A DNA stretch of 64,000 nucleotides from Perkinsela sp. CCAP 1560/9 (Eukaryota; Protista; Euglenozoa: Kinetoplastea), in the NCBI GenBank assembly GCA_965644495.1, contig CBFFSA010000005.1:124001-188000 (forward strand), given 5' to 3'. A program made the position numbers and the translations under genes. Below are positions 53,636 to 64,000 of this stretch, in pieces; the first letter of the stretch is position 1; every line of letters starts with the position of its first letter. A model generated the notes under the pieces. The model was given only the letters and a program-made list of their open reading frames with translations. It did not search any database and had not been told where the DNA came from.

Positions 53636-54497
53636 GAAAATGGTGTCACAGATCTTCGCTCGGGGAACGGGATCTCTCGATTGCAACAAAAATTAAAACA
53701 GATAACAAACATTCAATTTGTCACGTGGTGGAATATTTGTCTTTGATTGGTTCTTTCTTGAAACGGTGATAAATCAACTTTAAGCTGTCCCCTTTACTTT
53801 TTGCTTGAAGGGGCCTAAGGGGGTTAAGATATCATATTTTCTCGTTCAAAATTCTGAGATCTACACGTTCCCACCATTTTTAGATTATTTTAGAAACTGA
53901 AAAAAAAAAAAATTTTAGGTTCTATTTTTTTGCATCGTCATACCACACTAATTTAAGAAAACAAACGCTCCGCAGCCAGGGGGCACAAGTGGGTCAATAT
54001 TAAAAAATAGCGGCAAAGATCTTTGCTAGGAGAACGAGATCTCTCGTTTGCAACAAAAATCAGCAAAAACGGACAAAAATAATTGAATTTCTCATGGGAG
54101 GAGAAGATTTATTTTGTTAAAGTGTGAGAAATTGGTCTCTTGAAAAATGTGAAGAAAGTGATAATCCATCTATCGGATGCACGCTTTTGAAAGCCTTGGT
54201 TCCATGCTATAACGCGCAAAGTCTTTGTGTTGGGAACAGCAAAATGCAACAAAAATGAGCTCAAACGTCTGAAAAGTTAGAGGCGTGTGACTTTTCGCTG
54301 TGGGGGGGTATATGTTTCATTGATACTTTTCTTTTCGAAGTGCAACCGTTTTTTACTACATGAAATAACCAGACCGACCCTTTTGTTTTGCAAACAAAAC
54401 TTCTTTTAAAGAAAATTTTTTCTTTGAGGAAAAACGTGTTAATTTCATGAATCATACAGCTAAGAATTTCATTTAGTCGTCTCTGGAAATAAGTCCA

Positions 54498-57400
54498 ATG
54501 GACTGTCCTAAGCAAGGGGACCATCAACCGACTGAAAATGAACAGCAACCGAGCAAGGAACGGTCAGCCAATGGGTGCTCACACAGCCTGGTGAATCGTG
54601 GAGGCCTTATGAACTTTCAAAAGTTTTCAACCTTGCTACACTCGTGGATCTTGGCGGGTCGAAGTGGGGAGAAGAGGTCCGAAATTTTGGTGAATTTTGT
54701 TGAAGATTGTCGCCAAATGGATAAAGATTTGTTGATTCGATGGATAGGGGCATTGGAGAGAATGGGGGAGTACATATCATGTGGACCAGAGGGGCGTTGT
54801 ACTATGCGAAAAATACACCCCTTTCTTCAACTTCGAAGTGTGGACATTCTTGTATGGAGTTTTGGTAACCGTACAACTTTACCGAATCCCATCGGAATAG
54901 CACCGAATAACATAGAAAACCATCAGTCACTATCGATGCTTCTTTCGCACCCGCCAACTGCGCCTGCAGCAGAATCAGCTCACTCTTTCAAACAGCTGGA
55001 CCTGGAGATGCATCCGGATCGTGAAAAGGAATTTGTTGAGCCAGAGAATTGGGGGCATGCAGATATCGGCAACAACGCTGATTGTTTGTCTGCGTCTCAT
55101 AACCGAGTTGACTCACCTTCACAGGAGGGAAATGGCATAACGGAGACCGCGAAGGAAATTACACCCTATCCATACGCTTTTGAGCGAAACTTTACCAGCG
55201 TTGTCCGAAAGACACAAACTGTCACAAAAGACGGAAAACCGTTTGCAATTTTTCTTAAAAATGTCATTGCACAATCGACACGTGAGAGAGCTGCTGAGTC
55301 ACTCCGTGCTGCTGCCGTTCCAACGAATGCACGTGTACTAACCAATGGGGGTGTACCCCCGAATAGTGGTATTGTCGGGTATTACGACTATCTCAACTCT
55401 CCTCAAGAAGAAAAATGCCGCTTAACCGCTTTTTCCAGAGCTCACGCGGCTGATCTTGAGGCGGCCGTACCGATAGTGCATATACTGGACAGATTGTACT
55501 CTCAACATGCTCGGAGAAATTACTCTCTTCAAAATCAGGCTATTCCTGATGACGTACGCCTGTATGGAACGGTGTTTAGCACCGTGACTGTAAACAGTGC
55601 TTTTCGAACAGCACTGCATACCGACAGCGGCGACTTCAAGCAAGGGTTGGCTGCATTAACTGTGCTTGAAGGAAATTATGAAGGAGTCTATTTGGCCATA
55701 CCCTCACTTAATTTGGCCTTCGATATTCGACCTGGTGACGCCCTATTTTTTAACACTGATTTATTCCACGGTAACACTGAGCCTCACTTTTTTCCATGGA
55801 CACGACTTTCGCTGGTGGCCTATCTCCGTACCAATCTTTTTTCACCGCAATGCATGAGAAAATATAGCGAAAATTCGGTTATTAGTGAGCGATCAATATC
55901 CTCTAACCCAACTATTGGTTTGAAAAGTATAAACATTGGTAGCAATGAGTTTCCTTTGCACATCTCAGAGGCATGTCTCACTACTTGCAAGAAGCACCAG
56001 TTGGAAACGTTAAGGTTTGCGTACCGTAGACTCCGACAAGGAACTGGGGCATTGATATCTTTAGACATGGGGATGGGGAAAACACTCATAATTCTACTTT
56101 TGTGCCACGTGCTTTTAGCGAACGAACCCACTCAAAGAATCTTAGTTCTCTGCCCACACGCTTTGCTTTCTCAATGGAGAGACGAGTTCACGAAGTGGCA
56201 TTCGCAATCTTTAATTAATTTTCCAATACATCTTCTCTCAGATGCTACAAGTCATGATTCATATCTCCAGCACTGGATAAAGCAGTACGGAGTTCTGCTT
56301 TGCGGGTACGAGCGATTTCGTACATTGAAACGCAACAGCGAGACATTTCGTATTTTGATTCAAGATCTTGCCGCTTGCGTGTTGGATGAGGGTCACCGCC
56401 TTCGAAATATGAGCACTTTCACAGCTCAAGATTTGTACAGTATCGGCACACGTCGCAGAGTTGCGGTTACAGGGACACCTCTGCAGAACGACTTGCAAGA
56501 GCTCTATGTATTGCTCAGCTGGGTGGACCCTGAAATAGTACCTTCGAAATCCACGTTTGAAGAAGAGATCCAATTTCCTGTTGAGGAAGGCCTGGCATCA
56601 ATCGATAACGCAAAGCAAAAGGGTGCCGTTGAAGCATTATATCTGTTACAGTCGAGATTGCTCGCACCTGTTAGCATACGCCGACTTTCAGAGAATCTTC
56701 CACCCAAATCCGATTATACAGTTTTACTTTACCCAACAGAGCATCAAAAACGATTGTTGGACACAGTTTCTGGTTTATCTTTTTCAGACTTGCACAAAAC
56801 GGTGTGCATTGCAGCACATCCATTATGTTTCCTTAGAAGTTGCACTTCCAAATTCCCTGATCCTGTCTTGTACTGGCATACCTACGTGGAAAATATCTTG
56901 AAGTCCACGCATAACTCCGATCTCGAGACTGATTTTTTCGCCGAGCACAGCTCAAAGCTGCTCTTCATATCGGTTGTACTAGAACACGCGATGAAATTAG
57001 ACGAGAAGACACTCCTTTTTAGTCAATCTGTGCGAGTCCTCGATCTTTTAGAGGCTTTCTTACAAGCCAAGGGGCTCCCCACACTGCGCATCGATGGTGA
57101 AACCTCCCACACGAAACGTGAGACGAGTCTCCACATCTTTCGCACCGCAACCACAGCTCACGCACCTGTTCTCCTTCTCACCATTCGCGCTGTGGGTGTT
57201 GGTTTGAATCTCGAATGTGCCAACCGCGTGGTAATTTTCGAGCCCACCTATAACCCGACACTGGAAGCACAGGCCGTTGCACGGTCCCACCGATTCGGTC
57301 AAACAAAGCAAGTTTTTGTCTATCGTCTTCTGATGGAGGGTTGTCACGACAGTCACGTCTTTGGCACTCAGCTGAGAAAGCACGCTCTGAACCAGAGTGT

Positions 57401-57623
57401 GTTGAAGCAGTCCTATGTCAAGAGAACTGAGTCAAATGACATTGAGTTTGCTTTGGGAGCTGAGTCCTCTTTGCCGGATGAGGTCCTCCAGGAATGTAAA
57501 GAGAGGCACGGAATTGTAAAAGGTGTTCTCCCATTCACTGATCTTGTAGAAGATGTGGGTTCTTACCTATCTGAGACAGAAATCCGAGCGATTGAGGCAA
57601 AGCAAGCCCGGAGATGTTGTTAG
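54498..57623 (+). CDS. JBP2: J-binding protein 2 (thymidine hydroxylase plus SWI2/SNF2 ATPase)
   Basis: SGIVGYYDYL, CRLTAF, FSTVTVN, ALHTDSGD (HxD), HGNT and RLS; then DMGMGKT, DEGH, TGTPLQN and QAVARSHRFGQ. Confidence 0.95.
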   Translation: MDCPKQGDHQPTENEQQPSKERSANGCSHSLVNRGGLMNFQKFSTLLHSWILAGRSGEKRSEILVNFVEDCRQMDKDLLIRWIGALERMGEYISCGPEGRCTMRKIHPFLQLRSVDILVWSFGNRTTLPNPIGIAPNNIENHQSLSMLLSHPPTAPAAESAHSFKQLDLEMHPDREKEFVEPENWGHADIGNNADCLSASHNRVDSPSQEGNGITETAKEITPYPYAFERNFTSVVRKTQTVTKDGKPFAIFLKNVIAQSTRERAAESLRAAAVPTNARVLTNGGVPPNSGIVGYYDYLNSPQEEKCRLTAFSRAHAADLEAAVPIVHILDRLYSQHARRNYSLQNQAIPDDVRLYGTVFSTVTVNSAFRTALHTDSGDFKQGLAALTVLEGNYEGVYLAIPSLNLAFDIRPGDALFFNTDLFHGNTEPHFFPWTRLSLVAYLRTNLFSPQCMRKYSENSVISERSISSNPTIGLKSINIGSNEFPLHISEACLTTCKKHQLETLRFAYRRLRQGTGALISLDMGMGKTLIILLLCHVLLANEPTQRILVLCPHALLSQWRDEFTKWHSQSLINFPIHLLSDATSHDSYLQHWIKQYGVLLCGYERFRTLKRNSETFRILIQDLAACVLDEGHRLRNMSTFTAQDLYSIGTRRRVAVTGTPLQNDLQELYVLLSWVDPEIVPSKSTFEEEIQFPVEEGLASIDNAKQKGAVEALYLLQSRLLAPVSIRRLSENLPPKSDYTVLLYPTEHQKRLLDTVSGLSFSDLHKTVCIAAHPLCFLRSCTSKFPDPVLYWHTYVENILKSTHNSDLETDFFAEHSSKLLFISVVLEHAMKLDEKTLLFSQSVRVLDLLEAFLQAKGLPTLRIDGETSHTKRETSLHIFRTATTAHAPVLLLTIRAVGVGLNLECANRVVIFEPTYNPTLEAQAVARSHRFGQTKQVFVYRLLMEGCHDSHVFGTQLRKHALNQSVLKQSYVKRTESNDIEFALGAESSLPDEVLQECKERHGIVKGVLPFTDLVEDVGSYLSETEIRAIEAKQARRCC

Positions 57624-58119
57624 TAAAACTCTCACACATGACATGGTCCATCTACCAACTGAATCGAATCATTTTAATCCTTTTGGTTTATTCAAATACT
57701 AATGTACAATAGATAGTAATAGATTCTAAGTAGTTTATACATTAAGTCTGAAATTTGTGTCACTAGGTTACTAAATCTGTAAAACGTGATATGAATTTAC
57801 ACATTGTATGTAAAACGAAAGTAAATTCTGGCTTGCGAGTTTTAAACTGTAAAAGTAATTCTAACTTGCCACTTAGCTGATCTATAGTTGTTACCTTTTT
57901 TATATCACTGAGCTACAGTAACGTAGTAGCCATCACCACAGCTAAAATCATGTTGTGTGTTTCACAGACTCAGGTTAGTTTCGAACCTGGGAACGAACTA
58001 ACAGTTTACTAAGATACTTGATTCCTCTATGACCATAGAATTTGATTACTATTTTAGATTCGCTGTTAGTTCCTATTCAGTAGTCCGCAAGCTATTCTCT
58101 CAAAACAATATCGTTTTTT

Positions 58120-58602
58120 ATGTATTACAGGGCTCTGTTGCACGGTAGACATCTGAGTTATATAGGACGTAACCCATTTCGCACGGGTGGTCCGAAAGGG
58201 TACCCTGCACGACACAACAGTGGTAGCGTCTTCTTTAAAAGAAAACATTTTAATTTCCCGCAGCACACGAAACGGCTCTGCAGACGAATTTCCGGAATGC
58301 CATCCACTAGATTCACAACGCCAAATCGAGTTCGATACGCTCATCTTCCCGGTGATGTACATCGTAGGCCACAGGAGGACTACACATTTGAACCTCGTTC
58401 TGATTCTGTGATTGCTACTTGGGCGCCCAGAGACCGTCTTCAGCTGCACAAGTTACGACGTAATCAACTTTTTGTTTGCTTTCACTGTGGATACCCCATA
58501 AAGTCGGCCCTTGTAGCTGTAAAGGAAGAGAATTGGGATTACCGCATGTGCTATACTTGCTATACGTATGCGTGCAAGGAGAAATTAACGAAAGTGATTT
58601 GA
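58120..58602 (+). CDS. Basic zinc-binding protein, probably mitochondrial
   Basis: FVCFHCGYPIKS..NWDYRMCYTCY (CxxC...CxxC) and an Arg-rich N-terminus. Confidence 0.7.
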   Translation: MYYRALLHGRHLSYIGRNPFRTGGPKGYPARHNSGSVFFKRKHFNFPQHTKRLCRRISGMPSTRFTTPNRVRYAHLPGDVHRRPQEDYTFEPRSDSVIATWAPRDRLQLHKLRRNQLFVCFHCGYPIKSALVAVKEENWDYRMCYTCYTYACKEKLTKVI

Positions 58603-59687
58603 GGCGCGCTTACTGATCGGTTAACCTTTTTCGGCTAATCTCAAGCTATAATAGCTAAACTTGCGGTCATTGAGTTGCGGTTCTCTATGATGACCATTTT
58701 TTTATTCATAGAAAAATGGCACCACGATAGGTCACACATTGTGTAGTCCATCTGTACCGCTGATCCAGATTGGACCTTTTCTATCTGGATTGTTACATTT
58801 CATGAGCCTGTCATATCATCAAGGGTACCTCATCAAGGGTAATAAGTCTTTGACCATCAGTGAGTGGGTGATCAAGGATGCCTAAGAGAAGGAATCCTTA
58901 TCGAGTATCCCATTTTGCCATGTTGAGCGTGTCATGAATCTCCGAAAACGTGATCTACATCGCGTACCCGTAGACCCCCGGAAAGAGAAGGATCAGGTCC
59001 ATGATGATTATGAGAAATCTGAAACTGTTCAACTTTGTGACTTAAAATAGCGTGTAGCTCATCCTCAACCCATGCCCGAATATAATTTTCCCCAAATTAC
59101 GTTCCTCGGGGAATGAGATCGGTGAAATCTCCCTTTTCGCCCCAAATCTTGAAAAAATCTCGAAATGTTTTTTCGAGTTCAGCGATTTAACGATCCTTTT
59201 ATGTTGCTACCCACGAAAGAGAGGACATTAACGTACACCAAGACATTCAGCGGACGTATGTTGTTCAAGTAAACAAATCTTCTTCTCTAATGAGAAATTC
59301 AATTTTCGCGTAGAATTCTGCGTAAAAATTAAGGGTAAAGTTTACATAAAAAGTTTACCAAATGAGTCATTTTGTAGCTCAGGCACCACCCCCAAATCTG
59401 CCCATACGCCATACGTTAAGAATACAGCACATAAGTGGGAAAAACATAGGCGCCGCGAAGCAGCGCCGAAACATTTTTGCTTTTCGCTTTCGAATTCTGC
59501 CATATTCTGTCAATCACCACAGGCGCCTTGCCCCCCTCATAGTATTTGGGATGCCCTTCAAAACATGTAAAAATTCGGGGGCAAAGGGAAATTCGATCAA
59601 CGAAAACTCTCAAATAGAACAAAAATGAGAACAAAAAGACAAAAAGACTTAATCTTTCTGAGGGAACTGCAAGTTTGTTTTTTTCAT

Positions 59688-59936
59688 GTGCAGAGATTTA
59701 CCTCACTACATGTCCTTACCGCATACGACGGGTGGATTAAGTGAGGGTTCGCCTTCGCCTGTGGTAAGTGGATGCAGAGAGCTGGCCTCCCAGGTGCAGA
59801 GATTTCGGTTGTCATGTGCAGGTGCAGAGAGCCGGATGCGTAATTCCCATATTGCAGTTTCTGCGGCAATCCGGGTGCAGAGAGCTGCGACAGAGCCGAG
59901 GTGCAGAGAGCTTGCGACCGCCAGGTGTGGAGAGCT
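59688..59936 (+). repeat. Array of 7 spaced (g)gtgcagaga(gc) motifs
   Basis: Copies near 59688, 59772, 59793, 59821, 59874, 59900 and 59924 (the last is degenerate). Confidence 0.8.
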
Positions 59937-60473
59937 GTAAACGTGGGCAGCGAGGGACACGTCTAGTGGTCCTCAAGGGAGGCCACCGTGACCCATTGCC
60001 TCCTCGGAAAGATAGGCACGAGAAAGAGAAGCCGAGAGAGGGAAGCACACTCACTCCAAGCGAGTGAGTCGGGGAGGGGTGAAGGTTGAAAGGCGCGTCC
60101 CCTGCTTCGGCAAAAAGAGGGACAGTCCCGACCTTAGTGCCGGTCGGCAACGGGCATAAAAATACAGTACGACTATGCCCGTTGCCGGGGAAAGAAAGGA
60201 TGAACTAAGGAAAAAGTACCAACAAGGTACATAAACTGTATCTTGGACTTTCATACCCTGGAGGAAATGGCTTTAAATTACAACTGCTGGTTACAACTTA
60301 CAACCAAAGTCCAATGAAGGTATTTTTTTAACTTTCTGTTCATTTTGGAAATTTCTTCTGTTAGTCGTAGTGTAGGTTAACACATTCCCCAACATAGCTC
60401 AGAAATCTTTCAAAACCAGCGCGACCACATTATTACCCCTCATTTCCACCCTCCTCCCCCTCCCCCCTCCTCC

Positions 60474-62027
60474 ATGTCCCCGCCTCTGGAATCCGAGGTC
60501 ACCCACCTTGTCTGCCAATTCTTCACCGAGGACGGACAACCCGCGGGGGCCCCCGTCACCCTCCCCATCTCCACCTCCCCCACCCAAATGGACGCCATCC
60601 TCCACACCCTCCTCCCCCCCCCTCCCCACACCCCCCCTCCCCCCTCCCCCCTCCCCTACGCCTACTTCATCCACGACACCCCCCTCACCACCCCCCTCGG
60701 GCCCTTCCTGCTCGACCACCAGCGCCGCGCCCACCGGGGGCGTCTCCTCTCCGAGGGCCGTCGCCTCCCCCCCGGCGCGCCCCCCGCCCCTGGGCTCGAG
60801 GTCCCCTCCGAGGGCCTGGTGCGGATCGTCTACCGCCCCCAGGCCCTCTTCCGCGTGCTCCCGGTCACCCGCTGCAGCGCCGCCCTCACGGGCCACACCC
60901 ACGCGGTGCTCGTCGTGGCCTTCGCCCCGGACAGCGCCGTGCTGGCGACCGCGGGGGGGGACGGCACGGTGCGGCTGTGGGAGATGGCCACCGCGACCCC
61001 GTGCGCGAGCCTGCTGGGGCACACGGACTGGGTCCAGGCCCTGGCCTGGGCCCCCGGGGGGGGGTACCTGGTGAGTGGGTCCCGGGAGGGGGCGGTGGGG
61101 GTGTGGGGGGACGGCGGGGGTAGCGGTGGGCCACAGGGGGGAAAGCTGTGTGGGAGGGGACATGGGGGGTATGTCACGGGGGCGAGTTGGGAACCGTTGC
61201 ACCGGACGGGGACGGGGAGGGGACGGTTTGTGACGAGTTCAAAGGATGGGACGGTTCGGGTGTGGAGGGTGAGTGAGGCGCACCGGGGGGAGTTGGAAGG
61301 GGTGTTGTCTGGGCATAGTGCGTGTGTGACGTGTGTGAGATGGGGAGGGGGTGGGTTGGTGTATTCCAGTTCACACGATCGCACGTTGATGGTGTGGGAT
61401 GTGGAAAGTCGGACGGTGGTGCACACGTTACGTGGGCATGGGCACTGGGTGAATAATTTTGCGTTGAATACAGAGCTTGTGTTAAGGAGCGGAGCGTTTG
61501 ACCACACGAAAAAGGTGTTTGGGGGAAAACTGGAGGCATCGGAGTATGCAAAAACTCGGTACGAAGAGGTCTTACGGACGAGTGGTGGGCAAGAGAAGCT
61601 TGTGAGTTGCAGCGATGACCATACGTTGTTTCTGTGGACCCCGGGGGATAGCGCCAAGCCAGTGGCCCGCATGACAGGACACCAAGATTTGATTTACTCC
61701 GTGCGTTTTTCTCCGGATGGGTCAACCATTGCCTCGGCGAGCCAAGACAAAAGCATCAAGTTGTGGCGCGCACGTGATGGGCATTACATGTGCAGCCTCA
61801 GAAACCATGTCGGGGCTGTGTATCACGTAGCATGGAGTCTGGACTCTCGCTTTCTCGTATCGGCATCGAAGGATTCAACTATAAAATTATGGGATCCGTC
61901 CCGCGGTCGTATGATCGAGGATCTCCCAGGGCATGCTGACGAGGTATACGCTGTTGACTGGAGTCCTGATGGTTTACGCGTGGCTAGTGGATCAAAGGAC
62001 ACATCGGTTAGAATATGGAGGCATTAA
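60474..62027 (+). CDS. NLE1: Notchless / Rsa4 ribosome assembly WD40 protein
   Basis: NLE region [26 protein letters not shown] repeats, [23 protein letters not shown] and [18 protein letters not shown]. Confidence 0.96.
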   Translation: MSPPLESEVTHLVCQFFTEDGQPAGAPVTLPISTSPTQMDAILHTLLPPPPHTPPPPSPLPYAYFIHDTPLTTPLGPFLLDHQRRAHRGRLLSEGRRLPPGAPPAPGLEVPSEGLVRIVYRPQALFRVLPVTRCSAALTGHTHAVLVVAFAPDSAVLATAGGDGTVRLWEMATATPCASLLGHTDWVQALAWAPGGGYLVSGSREGAVGVWGDGGGSGGPQGGKLCGRGHGGYVTGASWEPLHRTGTGRGRFVTSSKDGTVRVWRVSEAHRGELEGVLSGHSACVTCVRWGGGGLVYSSSHDRTLMVWDVESRTVVHTLRGHGHWVNNFALNTELVLRSGAFDHTKKVFGGKLEASEYAKTRYEEVLRTSGGQEKLVSCSDDHTLFLWTPGDSAKPVARMTGHQDLIYSVRFSPDGSTIASASQDKSIKLWRARDGHYMCSLRNHVGAVYHVAWSLDSRFLVSASKDSTIKLWDPSRGRMIEDLPGHADEVYAVDWSPDGLRVASGSKDTSVRIWRH

Positions 62028-62222
62028 GAGTGATGAATACCATGGGAATAAGGGTAAATATCATTCGGCGTAATATTTCTCGATTTAACTTCGCTTCAAG
62101 CTTCCGAAGGAGGTGGAACTCCGGAATGTGATACATGTTTAATTCCGTGAAAAAGGTTAGCTACTGTAGAGTATTATGTACACGTATTCTGAACACCCTA
62201 TTCTTAGGCACGAAATATATTG

Positions 62223-62294
62223 AACCACCGTCCGGATTATTGTACCCAGGGGCACTTATTGTACCTCCTATGTACAATAACCCGGATGGTGGTT
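62223..62294. mobile_element. 72-bp mini-MITE
   Basis: 23-bp TIR aaccaccgtccggattattgtac / gtacaataacccggatggtggtt with 2 mismatches; flanks TG and TA. Confidence 0.75.
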
Positions 62295-62397
62295 TAGTTA
62301 AGTAGTCTATACAGCTGATAACTGTTTCTATATACAATTATATTAGCATGGGCGTTTCGTATAGAAGAGACTTTCGAAGTCTTTTTGCTCCGTTTCC

Positions 62398-64000
62398 ATG
62401 AAGAAACCTTTGGCTAGCAGTCTGTGGAAAGTGCTCGGATTATCAGGGCCAGTCAAAACTACCAGTCAACTGCGCAACGCATATTTCGCCTCCGTATTGA
62501 AGATGCATCCAGATGTCTCTAAGGAGAGCAATGCACCTGAAAAATTTTGCGCTCTTACGTCAGCCTATCATACCTTGCTACGTGAGATGAAAGCAAGCGT
62601 ATACCTGAAAAGGTATGGACACAATGTACGAGAACAGGGTGCTTGTGGCACTCACACAGTACATGCACGTAAATGGTCCTGGCACCGTATAGCACAAGAA
62701 TGCAAAACGCGCACGCTCTTGAGTGATCAAATCCGTCGTCATCTTGTTGATGCTTGTCGAATGCTTAGCTCAGAGACCGAATTTGAGACTCAACTACACT
62801 TGGATCTTCCACAATCTTGCTTCACATTTGTTGATGCAGGCAATAACCTAATTAACAATCTTCATGTGGCTAATCAAGAACTCGCAAAAGTAAACAAAAC
62901 AATGCCACTTATTATTCGTGAATGTTTTCGCCAAAGAGATAGCACTGTGAATCTACCAGTATCCCCAAAACCACTTCTGCTCGTAGGAGCTATAAAGTTA
63001 AACCTTAATTTTTCGCGGAAAGAAAAACAAGAATCGTGTGATTCGGAGACTGTGGAGTACAGTTCCTCTTTGAGAATTCGCAAACCCCATAGTGACTTTA
63101 CGGTTTCTGAACTAAACTCCGATACTGTTCATAAATTGGAGTGTATTTCGATAGAATATTTTACTCTCAAAAAACGGGTTCAAAAATGTTTGGACATCCT
63201 TGCACTCCAATGGAGCGGTATTCCCTTTCACGTTCCCTTAGACTTATATTCCGAGGGAATTCAAGAAATGCGGAACAAGGTGGAGGTGATTGAAAATCTT
63301 GCTCAAAGCATTACTATTGGTGAACAAAACGAGACTTCTAATGTTCGACGATCAGTATGCCTGCGTGAGCTTGGAATGCACGCTGTTTCTGCGACAGAAA
63401 CGGATTCGCAATCTATTCGTTCCGCTTCGTTAGATTCTGATGGTACCGAATGTGATTTAGATGGCGATGCAAGCGTATCACTTAAAAATCTTACTACGGG
63501 CACTGTCACTCGTGTCCAGCTTGATCTGCCTCGAGAAAACACAACGGATGAAAATGGAAATCTTCGAGTGGTCGTATCGAAAGACCCAACAGAGCCCTCT
63601 AATTCACGCATTCCAAAGTATATTGTTAGAATATGTTTGTGCTCGTCTTATGTTCCTTTTCTGAAGGGCCTGGAGGAGGCTTCAAAGAAACTTGAAACCC
63701 GCTTAATGAAAAGAAAACACGTAAGAACCCAAGTATATTCTTTACGACAGAAACTTCCGGATTCTAGTCGAAGATTTTTCACGCGCACATATGGGTTTGC
63801 CGATGAGGAGGAGTTAATCTTTATGAAAAGGTTAGGTGGAGCAAAACTTCCCTTGCGCTTGTTTTCTCAGGGTTGTGACGTTCATAAAAGTGATTTCGTG
63901 TCTGGCACTGGTGCTCTGGTGGACCATATCCCTCAAGACTTTTGGTGGTGTGAAGCAGGAGAAGCCATGGACACTAGTATTGCTATTTTAGACAATTCAA
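62398..64000 (+). CDS. J-domain (DnaJ) protein, runs off the window end; absent from the ORF track
   Basis: MKKPLASSLWKVLGL..LRNAYFASVLKMHPD..EKF..AYHTL. The frame stays open to 64000. Confidence 0.88.
   Translation, partial: MKKPLASSLWKVLGLSGPVKTTSQLRNAYFASVLKMHPDVSKESNAPEKFCALTSAYHTLLREMKASVYLKRYGHNVREQGACGTHTVHARKWSWHRIAQECKTRTLLSDQIRRHLVDACRMLSSETEFETQLHLDLPQSCFTFVDAGNNLINNLHVANQELAKVNKTMPLIIRECFRQRDSTVNLPVSPKPLLLVGAIKLNLNFSRKEKQESCDSETVEYSSSLRIRKPHSDFTVSELNSDTVHKLECISIEYFTLKKRVQKCLDILALQWSGIPFHVPLDLYSEGIQEMRNKVEVIENLAQSITIGEQNETSNVRRSVCLRELGMHAVSATETDSQSIRSASLDSDGTECDLDGDASVSLKNLTTGTVTRVQLDLPRENTTDENGNLRVVVSKDPTEPSNSRIPKYIVRICLCSSYVPFLKGLEEASKKLETRLMKRKHVRTQVYSLRQKLPDSSRRFFTRTYGFADEEELIFMKRLGGAKLPLRLFSQGCDVHKSDFVSGTGALVDHIPQDFWWCEAGEAMDTSIAILDNS

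Larger units (their letters stand above)
52174..54310 (+). mobile_element. Non-autonomous family D-related Tc1-like element hosting a Merlin insertion
   Basis: TA-flanked TIRs aaccccccacagcgaataagtcac / gtgacttttcgctgtgggggggta. Both subterminal regions match 20912-21844 in opposite orientation. Two diverged internal tandem units start near 52222 and 53811. Confidence 0.85.

Noticed and set aside
57965-58000. B-box-like gtttcgaacc suggesting a tRNA
   Set aside because: No cloverleaf could be built around it.
58716-59050. Protein-like frame with an internal stop (..SEWVIKDA*EKE..)
   Set aside because: Too short and unrecognisable to call a pseudogene.
59688-59936. CRISPR-like appearance of the motif array
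   Set aside because: Repeats are only 9-12 bp with irregular spacing, there are no cas genes, and the context is eukaryotic.
60399-61725. Long alternative and antisense ORFs over NLE1 (267, 280, 188 and 183 aa), and similar ones at 45404-46334
   Set aside because: They are by-products of extreme GC content and skew, which remove stop codons. They have no motifs and overlap a clear gene.

Overview
This is eukaryotic, intron-free DNA. About 34 host genes all lie on the + strand and are separated by short AT-rich or pyrimidine-rich spacers, which fits one polycistronic, trans-spliced gene cluster. JBP2 (base J synthesis), a kinetoplastid mitochondrial Pol I-like protein, PPR and mitoribosome-like proteins, and two LRR paralogues point to a kinetoplastid, probably Perkinsela-like (inference). 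The spacers hold many DNA transposons, some nested: Merlin/IS1595 (8-bp TSD), several Tc1/mariner families (TA TSD), and a PIF/Harbinger-like MITE family (TTA/TAA TSD). There is also a CRE/SLACS-like retrotransposon remnant. The most notable observations are: (1) three GC-rich islands inside genes where the top strand flips abruptly from C-rich to G/T-rich, strongly enough to reshape the proteins; (2) a Pol I-like protein with an intact 3'-5' exonuclease but a degenerate polymerase domain; (3) a Tc1-like transposase with DD47E spacing; (4) a motif array and hairpin cluster upstream of one skew island. All calls come from motif recognition by eye; no searches were run.
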